Shown piece after piece: positions 7,519 to 15,816 of a stretch of 55,246 bases of DNA. The notes under the pieces are model-generated. The model saw only the letters and a program-made list of their open reading frames with translations, ran no database searches and had not been told where the DNA came from. Source of the DNA: a virus. Every line of letters begins with the position of its first letter. Positions within the stretch are counted from its first letter, which is position 1. The position numbers were made by a program, and so were the translations under genes. The DNA is taken from the IMG/VR virus record IMGVR_UViG_3300045988_088672; one strand, given 5' to 3'.

Positions 7519-8789
7519 TGGTAGAATTACAGATAATAAACCGGGTATTAAAAGACAAAAATACTTCTCTATTAGATTTGAACGACATCACAAGAGACTA
7601 TTTTAATCAGTATCAAGAAGAATATGACTATATCATGGAACACAAACAGGAATATGGAAATGTGCCGGATTTGGAAACATTCATAGCAAAGTTCCAGGAT
7701 TTTGACGTGATCAATGTATCTGAAAGCACTGAATATCTTGTGAATACATTTAGAGAAGAATATCTATATTTTCAGTCGGTTCCGGTGCTTACGAAGATGG
7801 CGGAACTATTACAGACAGATGCATATTCCGCCGTTGATTACTTAAAATCAAAATTACCGGAATTAAAGATTGATGGGGCAGTAAAAGGGACAGATATCAT
7901 TTCACAAGCAAGGGAAAGACTTGAAGAGTGGAAAGAAACAAAAGATAATCAAGATACACACTTTATAGCAAGTGGATTTGAAGAGATTGATAACGACTTG
8001 GGGGGTTGGCATAAAGGAGAGGAATTAGTTGTTTTATTTGCACGAACTGGACAAGGAAAATCATGGGTGCTTATTAAAATGTTAGAACATGCATGGAAAG
8101 TATATCATGCAAGAGTAGGACTTTTAGAGCCTGAAATGTCAGCCAGTAAAACAGGATATAGATTTGATACTGTACATCAACATATATCATCTAAAGCACT
8201 GTATAAAGGCGAAGATGTGCAAGGTTATGAAAAATATATAAACAGGTTAGCTGATAATGGTACTCCGTTCTATGTTGCACATCCTAGAGATTTTCAAAAG
8301 AAAGTAACGGTATCAAAGTTAAAAAGTTGGTGCGAAAGTAACAAGTTGGATATGCTGGCAATAGATGGTATCTCTTATCTGCAGGATGAACGAGGAAAAA
8401 GGGGAGATAATAAAACAACACAGCTGACGAACATATCCGAAGATTTAATGCAATTAAGCATTGACTTAAAAATCCCAGTGCTGGTTGTTGTACAATCAAA
8501 CAGGGAAGGAACAATAAATGAAGATTTACAGCTTGAAAATATAAGAGACTCAGATGGAATTGCTTATAATGCGTCAATCGTTCTTTCAATTCAGCAAAAG
8601 GAAGAAGGCTTGCAGATACAAGATGTAAAAGCCCGAAATTCAAAAGTAGGAATAAAATGGGTTTATGCTTGGGATACAGATAAAGGAACATTTGATTATA
8701 TCCCTAACCCAGAAAAAGGAAAAGAAGATGATGAAAAAAGCGAAGATTTAAGGCGAAGATATCATGATAGAGAAAGTGAGGAATATTAA
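7518..8789 (+). CDS. dnaB: DnaB-family replicative helicase
   Basis: GFEEIDNDLGGWHKGEELVVLFARTGQGKSWVL (Walker A), DGISYL and VVVQSNREG follow the DnaB C-terminal RecA-fold pattern. Confidence 0.85.
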   Translation: MVELQIINRVLKDKNTSLLDLNDITRDYFNQYQEEYDYIMEHKQEYGNVPDLETFIAKFQDFDVINVSESTEYLVNTFREEYLYFQSVPVLTKMAELLQTDAYSAVDYLKSKLPELKIDGAVKGTDIISQARERLEEWKETKDNQDTHFIASGFEEIDNDLGGWHKGEELVVLFARTGQGKSWVLIKMLEHAWKVYHARVGLLEPEMSASKTGYRFDTVHQHISSKALYKGEDVQGYEKYINRLADNGTPFYVAHPRDFQKKVTVSKLKSWCESNKLDMLAIDGISYLQDERGKRGDNKTTQLTNISEDLMQLSIDLKIPVLVVVQSNREGTINEDLQLENIRDSDGIAYNASIVLSIQQKEEGLQIQDVKARNSKVGIKWVYAWDTDKGTFDYIPNPEKGKEDDEKSEDLRRRYHDRESEEY

Positions 8790-8790
8790 A

Positions 8791-9081
8791 ATGATTTTTG
8801 TAATTGATAAGCTGAAATATGATACGGATAAAATGAGATTGATATCAGAAAAGTGCAAGTATAATTATTCGTGGACTGTTGGTTTTACTAATATGAAGAT
8901 GCAAAGTTCTGGAAAAGATGTCAAATTATGGTTGAGTTCAAAAGGGAACTGGTTGCTGACTTATCGAACGGATTATTTTACTCGAGCAATAAAATTTAGT
9001 GTTGAGCAAGCAGAAGAAATATTGATTAAATATGATTTGGAAAAATATGAATTACTTTTTGGAGAGCTTGAGGAGGCATAA
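8791..9081 (+). CDS. Hypothetical protein
   Basis: ORF track 8764..9081. ATG 8791 is preferred because SD GTGAGGAA precedes it and it follows the DnaB stop. Confidence 0.55.
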   Translation: MIFVIDKLKYDTDKMRLISEKCKYNYSWTVGFTNMKMQSSGKDVKLWLSSKGNWLLTYRTDYFTRAIKFSVEQAEEILIKYDLEKYELLFGELEEA

Positions 9082-9084
9082 ATC

Positions 9085-10128
9085 TTGATAAAACTACAAG
9101 ATACAATTATACAAACCGATACACAGTCTGTCTTGGATATGCTTAAATTTGATTTGGCACAGCATGGGGTTAATAGGTTTCATATTTTTAGAAACAATGG
9201 CGAAAATGTGCAAACGAATTGTCCTTTCCACAAGAACGGACAAGAACGAAAGCCGTCTTTCGGTGTAAATGGAGAAATTGATAAATGCCATTGCTTTGCT
9301 TGTGGCTGGGCTGGTACAATAGAGGAAATGATATCCGAATTATACGGATATAAAGATGAAGGAAAGTTTGGAAAACGGTGGCTTATAAAAAGATTTAATA
9401 CAGTAGAAATTGAAACAAGACCAAATATAATGGAGGGGTTTAATGGACGAGAAATCAATAAGCAAATATATACAAGAGAACCCGGAAAAATGGAGACGGT
9501 ATTTGTCAAAGATGGAGGAACACAACGAACAAAAAGCAAAGAGATTAAAGGAGGAACTGGAACAGTTACAGGAGAAAACGGAATCACAGAAGAAGAATTA
9601 GATAAATATAGATATATTCATCCTTATATGTATGAAAGAGGATTAACCGATGAAATTATAGAAAGGTTTGATATAGGATATGACAAAGAGCGAAAAGAGA
9701 TTACTTTCCCGGTCAAAGACATTGAAGGAAGATTTTTATTCATTGCAGGAAGAAGTGTCGAACGCAAATTTTTCAGACTCCCGAAAGATACGGATAAACC
9801 GTTGTATCAAGGATATAGATTTACGGATGGAAGTTATAAATACTGTTATATCACAGAATCTTTTTTGAATTGCTTGACTTGCTGGAAATATAATAAGCCG
9901 TCTATGGCTATGATAGGCACCGGAAATCAAAAACAATATGAAATATTGAATAAGTTGCCTGTGCGTGAATATATTCTTGCATTTGACCCGGACGAAGCTG
10001 GAAGAAAAGCAATAGAAAGATTTAGAAAGAATGTACATGGAAAGATTATAAAAGAACTTGTATATGCAGATAATCGTGATATAAATGACTTGCAAGAAGA
10101 ATTTTTGAAGTGCAAAATAATTTTTTAA
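9085..10128 (+). CDS. dnaG: DnaG-type DNA primase (CHC2 zinc finger + TOPRIM)
   Basis: CPFHKNGQERKPSFGVN...CHCFACGWAG is a CHC2 finger. AFDPDEAGRKA is the TOPRIM acidic motif. TTG start. Confidence 0.85.
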   Translation: MIKLQDTIIQTDTQSVLDMLKFDLAQHGVNRFHIFRNNGENVQTNCPFHKNGQERKPSFGVNGEIDKCHCFACGWAGTIEEMISELYGYKDEGKFGKRWLIKRFNTVEIETRPNIMEGFNGREINKQIYTREPGKMETVFVKDGGTQRTKSKEIKGGTGTVTGENGITEEELDKYRYIHPYMYERGLTDEIIERFDIGYDKERKEITFPVKDIEGRFLFIAGRSVERKFFRLPKDTDKPLYQGYRFTDGSYKYCYITESFLNCLTCWKYNKPSMAMIGTGNQKQYEILNKLPVREYILAFDPDEAGRKAIERFRKNVHGKIIKELVYADNRDINDLQEEFLKCKIIF

Positions 10129-10145
10129 AAATTTCAAAAAACCTA

Positions 10146-10174
10146 TTGACAACCCTATTTTTATGTGTTACAAT
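10146..10174 (+). promoter_or_regulatory. Early-class promoter cassette copy 3
   Basis: TTGACA 10146-10151, 17-bp spacer, TACAAT 10169-10174 with TGT. The upstream TTTCAAAAAACCTA is shared with the other copies. Confidence 0.75.
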
Positions 10175-10218
10175 ATAATTGTAAATAAGAAATACATAAA
10201 ACAAGGAGGATACATATT

Positions 10219-10491
10219 ATGACAGCACACGAAAAGGTAACAATGTTAGTAAAACAGGCAGAGGAAATCATTTCCGATGGATATGAAATGAAAGTAAATG
10301 GCGGAAAGGTGCTTTTTGATTTAGAGGGCACTAAAAATATGCAGACAAGAATGCACAAAGAATTGAATAAGTGGTACGAAAGATGTGAAATACTTAAATT
10401 GCATAATAAGTTATCTGTCGAAGAATTTCTATTACGACAGAAAATATACTATTCAATATTCTATTCAATCAATGCAATGACAATAGAATAA
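10219..10491 (+). CDS. Hypothetical protein
   Basis: ORF track, 90 aa. The AAGGAGGATACATATTATG leader is identical to the one at 31033-31053. Confidence 0.6.
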   Translation: MTAHEKVTMLVKQAEEIISDGYEMKVNGGKVLFDLEGTKNMQTRMHKELNKWYERCEILKLHNKLSVEEFLLRQKIYYSIFYSINAMTIE

Positions 10492-10601
10492 AAACAATGT
10501 GAAGCGATAACACGTAAAACACTTTATAAAATAACAAAAGGAGGATATATATGACGCGGATTAGCGTGTACGGCATAATAAATAACATATAAACGATATA
10601 T

Positions 10602-10702
10602 GAGATAGTAGTCAAGTGGTTAAGACACTCGGGGATGCAGAATAATCGTAAACATTAAAAGCGATACTCCAGGAGACATAGGTTCAAATCCTATCTATCT
10701 CA
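10602..10702 (+). tRNA. tRNA-like gene with canonical acceptor, D and T arms but a ~45-nt anticodon arm (isotype undetermined)
   Basis: Acceptor GAGATAG/CTATCTC plus discriminator A. D arm GTC-AAGTGGTTAA-GAC. T arm ATAGG-TTCAAAT-CCTAT. About 45 nt lie between position 26 and the variable loop instead of 17. Confidence 0.5.
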
Positions 10703-10879
10703 AGCGAGGTATGACGGACTACCCCAGACCCAAGTAATTAGTAAAAACAGTAAATGAACCTAGGATAGTTTGCTTAGTATGAAAATTATAGCTCCGATTA
10801 TAATCTATATTAGTGAGGTTGAGAGGTGGAATGAGGGGCTAATGACGATTAGCTAAGTAGCTAATATGGATTATATTAT

Positions 10880-10951
10880 AGCCCTATCGCCAAAAGGTAA
10901 GGCACAGGACTTTGATTCCTGCATTTGTTGGTTCGAATCCAACTAGGGCTG
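10880..10951 (+). tRNA. tRNA-Gln (anticodon TTG)
   Basis: Hand-folded cloverleaf: acceptor AGCCCTA/TAGGGCT, anticodon stem CAGGA/TCCTG, loop CTTTGAT, T arm GTTGG-TTCGAAT-CCAAC. Length 72 nt. Confidence 0.85.
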
Positions 10952-11099
10952 TGATACCCTGGCAGACAAAAAAGTAAAGGACCGGATATTCGAAATGCGT
11001 TCATTGGGGTATCATTAAGATAAACAGGAATAAAGCTGGGAATACTGTTTTCTGAAAAACTTACCATGAGGGAAGACATAGGTTCTTCCCTCGAATTAA

Positions 11100-11173
11100 G
11101 GAAGATTAGTTCAGTTGGTGAGAGCATCCGGCTCATAACCGGAAAGTCGTAGGTTCGAATCCTACATCTTCCA
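11100..11173 (+). tRNA. tRNA-Met (anticodon CAT; elongator type, or Ile2 if lysidine-modified)
   Basis: Acceptor GGAAGAT/ATCTTCC, D arm GTTC-AGTTGGTGA-GAGC, anticodon stem TCCGG/CCGGA, loop CTCATAA, T arm GTAGG-TTCGAAT-CCTAC. Confidence 0.85.
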
Positions 11174-11371
11174 CTAGGTCAAATTCTTTATTCTTTTCTT
11201 GCTGACCTATAAATCCAAGAAAAAGAACGTTATGAATGCAAAGCCGGTTTTTCGATAAAATCCTTAGAAGTTGGAAGGTAGATAGTATGTGTTAATGGGT
11301 CTATCATGGTCATTCTGTGGTTGTTTGATCAAAAACTAAAACAACTAAAACATTTAAGAAAGGAAGAAATT

Positions 11372-12058
11372 ATGGGTAGAATCAATTATGAAGATGTAGA
11401 TAAGTATGGAAACAATTCAGACACAGAGTTCTTGAAGTTGGCAAACGATGGGGACATGATTACAGCACAACTTATGGTAAAGGATATGGAAGATGTAGAT
11501 ATCTTCGCTTGTCATCAAGCAGTGGTAGGAAAATGGGATGACGGAAATGATAAGACAAGATTTGTAAATTGTCTGAGAAATTATGATGATCCATTAGATG
11601 TATGCCCGATGTGTGCCGCCGGATTAAAGACACAGGTTGTAATGATGCTAGCAATGGTTGACCAGCAGGATGGAAAGATTAAGATTTGGAATCGTGGAAA
11701 GACGTTCATTCCAAAGATTAAGAACTTTGTAAACCGCTGGGGAGATATGACAATGAAACCAGTCGACATTATTAGAAATGGCAAAAAAGGAGATAAGAAA
11801 ACAACTTATGATATTCAGATTTCACCATCAGCGCCTATTGATGTATCACAGCATGAAAAGCCAGAGTTTTTAGGCGGATATATTATGGATAAGTCAGCGG
11901 ATGAAATGCAGGAGTATCTCGATACAGGAAGTTTTCCTGATACAGATAATACAGACACTAATCAGGAAGATAATACACAGGTAAGACGCAGAAACACTGA
12001 ACCACTTCCATCAAGAAGAGGAGCAAGTAGAGCAACAAGCAGAAGGGCGGGTATGTAA
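11372..12058 (+). CDS. Putative ssDNA-binding protein (zinc-binding, Arg-rich C-terminal tail)
   Basis: ORF track 11306..12058. ATG 11372 is preferred because it follows AAGGAAG. The protein has CHQ...CPMC cysteines and sits between the primase/tRNAs and the polymerase. The family call is tentative. Confidence 0.35.
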   Translation: MGRINYEDVDKYGNNSDTEFLKLANDGDMITAQLMVKDMEDVDIFACHQAVVGKWDDGNDKTRFVNCLRNYDDPLDVCPMCAAGLKTQVVMMLAMVDQQDGKIKIWNRGKTFIPKIKNFVNRWGDMTMKPVDIIRNGKKGDKKTTYDIQISPSAPIDVSQHEKPEFLGGYIMDKSADEMQEYLDTGSFPDTDNTDTNQEDNTQVRRRNTEPLPSRRGASRATSRRAGM

Positions 12059-12059
12059 T

Positions 12060-12359
12060 ATGAGACTATTTATAAGCCAACCAATGAAAGACAAGACAAA
12101 TGAGGAAATTAAGTCAGAAAGAAATGAAATTATACAGAGAGTAAAAGAAAGATACCCAAACGAAGAAATAGAAGTGATTGACTCTTTCTTTGAAAATGCA
12201 CCACATGATGCAAAGCCATTGTGGTTTTTAGGTAAGTCTTTGGAATTACTTTCAACTGCTGACATTGCATACTTTGCAGAGGGTTGGAAAAATTATAGAG
12301 GATGCAGAATTGAACATGAAGCGGCTGTTCAGTATGGAGTTCATATTATGTGGGATTAA
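12060..12359 (+). CDS. DUF4406-like (nucleoside 2-deoxyribosyltransferase-fold) protein
   Basis: MRLFISQPM...ADIAYFAEGWKNYRGCRIEHEAAVQYG matches the DUF4406 pattern (ISGPM...GWxxSxGxxxE). Confidence 0.55.
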   Translation: MRLFISQPMKDKTNEEIKSERNEIIQRVKERYPNEEIEVIDSFFENAPHDAKPLWFLGKSLELLSTADIAYFAEGWKNYRGCRIEHEAAVQYGVHIMWD

Positions 12360-12371
12360 AAGGAGGATTAT

Positions 12372-12527
12372 ATGGCAACAAAGAATAAGCATAGAGAAAG
12401 AAGCCACAGAAGTTATCAAAAGAATGCTGATTTTTCGGACTTTGAAAGAAAAGCAAAAGTGAAGTCCGTCAAGAAAGAACAGAAATCTTTTTTTGATAAG
12501 CTGTTTAATCGAACAACAAACAAATAA
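12372..12527 (+). CDS. Hypothetical basic small protein (51 aa, not in ORF track)
   Basis: Hand translation gives MATKNKHRERSHRSYQKNADFSDFERKAKVKSVKKEQKSFFDKLFNRTTNK*. SD AAAGGAGGA lies at 12359-12367. Confidence 0.5.
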   Translation: MATKNKHRERSHRSYQKNADFSDFERKAKVKSVKKEQKSFFDKLFNRTTNK

Positions 12528-12539
12528 GAGGAGGATCAT

Positions 12540-14801
12540 ATGGCATTATCATTTGCAAGACCAAAAAGCAATGATAAGAATATAATCAAGAAATCAAAAA
12601 CAGTAACAAATAGAACAAGTATTAAGGGCGGCGGAAATAATCTAGCCGCTCAGATACAATCTATCGTTGCTATTGCTAATCAAAAGTTAGCAATACACAA
12701 GGATGATTATATTCTTATCCGAGAGCCAGATCAGTTATACGAATATATGAAGGAAATGAAGCAAGTTGGGGAAGGTGCACTTGATACAGAGACCACAGGT
12801 TTAAATCCGTTACTTGTAGATATAGTTGGTGGATGTATTTATGCACCCGGACAAAAAGCTGCTTATATTCCAATAAATCATAAATCGTATATTACAGGTG
12901 TAAGAACTAAAGACCAGTTAGACGAACAGACAGTTTCAAAGATTATGAAAGAGTTTCATAAAGATATAAGATGGATTTTTCATAATGCAAAATATGATAT
13001 ACGTGTCTGTCGAAAGACACTTGGAATTGATTTCAAGCCTTATTGGGATACCATGTTGGCGGCATATTGCATTGATGAGGAAGAAAGCCACCGGTTGAAA
13101 GATTTACATTTGAAGTATTGTGATAGCAAGGATACAGAATCTTTGACATTTGATTCCTTGTTTAATGGTATAACATTTGATAATATTCCAATTTCAACTA
13201 GTTATTTATACGCCGCAGGTGACGCAATTAAGACATATGAACTTTATATGTATCAAAAAACATTACTAAATCGAAAGGTTCTATCCGGACCTTATAATGT
13301 ATTCTGGAATATTGAGATGCCACTTATTCCAGTTGTGGCGGATATGGAAGATAGAGGTGTATGCTTGGATTTTGATGTTTGTAAAAATCTACATGAAAAA
13401 TATCATAAGATTAAGGAAGAACGACAGAAACAAGCAGATGATGCTCTTAGTATGTATGCGACGGAAATTGAGAATTATAAGATGGAACATCCGAATAATA
13501 AGTTATCTGACCCGATATCTTTGCGTAGCCCGATGCAGTTAGCAGTTCTTTTTTATGATATTTTAGGATTGACAAGTCCGAATAAAAAATCACCACGAGG
13601 TACCGGTGAGGATATTCTCAAATATTTTGCACAAGGAAAGGAAAAAAACTTATGCGAAGCGATATTGGGTATAAGAAATGTTGAGAAGCTGTTGGGAACG
13701 TACATTGATAAAATGCCGAAAATTGCTTTAGCTGATGGTCGTATTCATGCAAGTTATAATCAGTATGGAGCTAAAACGGGAAGATTTTCAAGTAGTGACC
13801 CGAACTTGCAGAATATCCCGTCTCATAACAAAGAAATCCGTCATATGTTTAAGGCACAGGATGGATATGTTTTAATCGGCGGAGATTACAGTCAGCAGGA
13901 GCCACGATTGACTGCTCATTGCTCCAATGACGAAAAGATGAAAGAATCATATCATCAAGGAAAAGATATATATGCCACGATTGCTTCATTGGCATTTGAT
14001 AAGCCTTATGAAGAATGTAAAGAGTTCAGAGAAGATGGAACAGTAAATCCAGAGGGCAAGGAAAGAAGAAGTCAAGCAAAGGCTATAGTTTTAGGCGTCA
14101 CTTACGGAAAAGGTATTCCAGCAATCGGTGAAGATTTAGGAATATCAACACAAAAGGCACAAGCCGTATACGACAAAGTAATGGAAAGTTTTCCAATGCT
14201 TGAAAAGTTCATGCATGATACACAGAAAAAAGCTAGAGAACACGGCTATGTAGAAACTCCTTGGGGCAGACGTAGACATTTGAAAGATATGCAACTTGAA
14301 TCTTATATTTTTAAGTATGATGGAAAAGTGACTAACTTTGACCCATTAGCTTTTGGAAGTGATGTATCAACAGAAGTTCCGGAAAGAATAAAAAAGGAAT
14401 ATACAAAGAAACTTGATAAATGCAGATTTTACAAAGAAAGAATAAAAGTAGGAAATGATTTACAGGACCAAGGAATATCAGTAACTTATAACACAAATAA
14501 AATAGCACAAGCGGAAAGGCAATGTGTAAATAGTGTTATTCAAGGTGGGGCGGCGGATATGGCTAAGCTTGCAATGATACACATTAACAATGATGAAATT
14601 ATGAAAGAGTTAGATTTTCATTTGCTTATATGTGTGCATGATGAATTTATAGGGGAATGCCCGATTGAGAACGCAAAGAAAGCAAGTGAAAGATTAGCGC
14701 AACTAATGATAGATGCCCCAAAAGGAAAGATTGATATTCCTATGAAAGTGGATTGTGAAATAACTAGAAACTGGTATGGAGAAAGCGTGGAAATAAATTA
14801 A
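12540..14801 (+). CDS. polA: Family-A DNA polymerase (PolI-like) with 3'-5' exonuclease domain
   Basis: ALDTETTGL (Exo I), YAAGDA (Exo III), RFSSSDPNLQNIP (motif A region), RRSQAKAIVLGVTYG (motif B) and CVHDEF (motif C). Confidence 0.9.
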   Translation: MALSFARPKSNDKNIIKKSKTVTNRTSIKGGGNNLAAQIQSIVAIANQKLAIHKDDYILIREPDQLYEYMKEMKQVGEGALDTETTGLNPLLVDIVGGCIYAPGQKAAYIPINHKSYITGVRTKDQLDEQTVSKIMKEFHKDIRWIFHNAKYDIRVCRKTLGIDFKPYWDTMLAAYCIDEEESHRLKDLHLKYCDSKDTESLTFDSLFNGITFDNIPISTSYLYAAGDAIKTYELYMYQKTLLNRKVLSGPYNVFWNIEMPLIPVVADMEDRGVCLDFDVCKNLHEKYHKIKEERQKQADDALSMYATEIENYKMEHPNNKLSDPISLRSPMQLAVLFYDILGLTSPNKKSPRGTGEDILKYFAQGKEKNLCEAILGIRNVEKLLGTYIDKMPKIALADGRIHASYNQYGAKTGRFSSSDPNLQNIPSHNKEIRHMFKAQDGYVLIGGDYSQQEPRLTAHCSNDEKMKESYHQGKDIYATIASLAFDKPYEECKEFREDGTVNPEGKERRSQAKAIVLGVTYGKGIPAIGEDLGISTQKAQAVYDKVMESFPMLEKFMHDTQKKAREHGYVETPWGRRRHLKDMQLESYIFKYDGKVTNFDPLAFGSDVSTEVPERIKKEYTKKLDKCRFYKERIKVGNDLQDQGISVTYNTNKIAQAERQCVNSVIQGGAADMAKLAMIHINNDEIMKELDFHLLICVHDEFIGECPIENAKKASERLAQLMIDAPKGKIDIPMKVDCEITRNWYGESVEIN

Positions 14802-14819
14802 GCAAATTTGAAAAACCTA

Positions 14820-14848
14820 TTGACATCTATACTTTTATGTGTTACAAT
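14820..14848 (+). promoter_or_regulatory. Early-class promoter cassette copy 4
   Basis: TTGACA 14820-14825, 17-bp spacer, TACAAT 14843-14848 with TGT. The downstream leader ATAATCAAAGTTAAGAAA is shared with copies 6-8. Confidence 0.75.
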
Positions 14849-14891
14849 ATAATCAAAGTTAAGAAACAAAGCAAATAAGGAGGTACATAAC

Positions 14892-15401
14892 ATGAAAAGA
14901 TATAAAAATAGAAAGAGTGGCATAATAGTAAATGTTATAGGTCAGAATGATGCAGAAAATAAAATTACTGTTGAATTTGCGGGTGGGAAGAATGCTGGCA
15001 AGCAGGTAAATTATAAATTAGCTTCATTTACGAAAAGCTGGAAATTTTTAGACGAAGTCCAGCCCACAAAAGAAGTAAATGAGCCTACAAAAGATGAAGT
15101 TAAAAAATCTAACACTGAGAAAGTTGATGTCATTGAGAAGATTGAGATTATGTCTAGTGCAATTAAATCAAAGGGCTACAATATAAAAATATATTCAGGA
15201 AGAATTCAAAACTTGAATATTAAAATGGAAAATAAGCATATTGCAGAGGTATGTTTGAAGCACAAAAAGATAGTTGTTTATACAAAAGAACAACTTACAG
15301 ATGAAAGTAAGAAAATAAACAATGGAAAATTTAAGACGCTGTTTTGTTACTCTGACAATTTTGCAAATGAAATAATGGAAATTATAGAAAGGAGCATGTA
15401 A
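14892..15401 (+). CDS. Hypothetical protein
   Basis: ORF track, 169 aa. AAGGAGG SD is upstream. Confidence 0.6.
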   Translation: MKRYKNRKSGIIVNVIGQNDAENKITVEFAGGKNAGKQVNYKLASFTKSWKFLDEVQPTKEVNEPTKDEVKKSNTEKVDVIEKIEIMSSAIKSKGYNIKIYSGRIQNLNIKMENKHIAEVCLKHKKIVVYTKEQLTDESKKINNGKFKTLFCYSDNFANEIMEIIERSM

Positions 15402-15402
15402 A

Positions 15403-15816
15403 GTGGCACTTATAAAAGTGAATAAAAAAGATTATATGGAGGGAGACACTAAATATTCGAGAGCTATATCAATACCTCAATATGAAGTAAAGGGAGACAG
15501 ACCGTTCATAGAAGAACTATATTCAAATGAAAAAGTAATTAAATTATTAGACCATATCAAAAAGTCCGGTGTATCAGAGAATGAAAAGAAGTTTTTGACA
15601 ATAGCAGCGTATAGACATTATGTATTTAACTATAGTAGAATAGCAGAGTATTATGCTAGTGCTAGCAAAGAAATGCAGGAACTTATGGAGGAATCAGCAC
15701 TTGTGATTATTGATATTGATGATGCTATAAAAAATGGATATGTTAAATATAATAAGCGTATTCAGCAGATTATTGAAGATTCTAAAAAAGTAAAGGAGGA
15801 ATCTAATGAGAAGTGA
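15403..15816 (+). CDS. Hypothetical protein
   Basis: ORF track, 137 aa. GTG start lies 8 nt after AAAGGAG. Confidence 0.55.
   Translation: MALIKVNKKDYMEGDTKYSRAISIPQYEVKGDRPFIEELYSNEKVIKLLDHIKKSGVSENEKKFLTIAAYRHYVFNYSRIAEYYASASKEMQELMEESALVIIDIDDAIKNGYVKYNKRIQQIIEDSKKVKEESNEK

Noticed and set aside
10551-10592. 13-codon ORF (MTRISVYGIINNI) with a very strong SD just upstream of the tRNA cluster
   Set aside because: It is too short to support as a gene from sequence alone. It is mentioned only as context for the tRNA-cluster finding.
10952-11014. Fourth tRNA between tRNA-Gln and tRNA-Met
   Set aside because: Only an acceptor-like 8-bp helix is present. No D arm, anticodon arm or T arm can be drawn.
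10876-11136. 86-aa minus-strand ORF across the tRNA cluster
   Set aside because: It overlaps tRNA-Gln and tRNA-Met on the opposite strand and has no SD. It is an artefact of a stop-free stretch.
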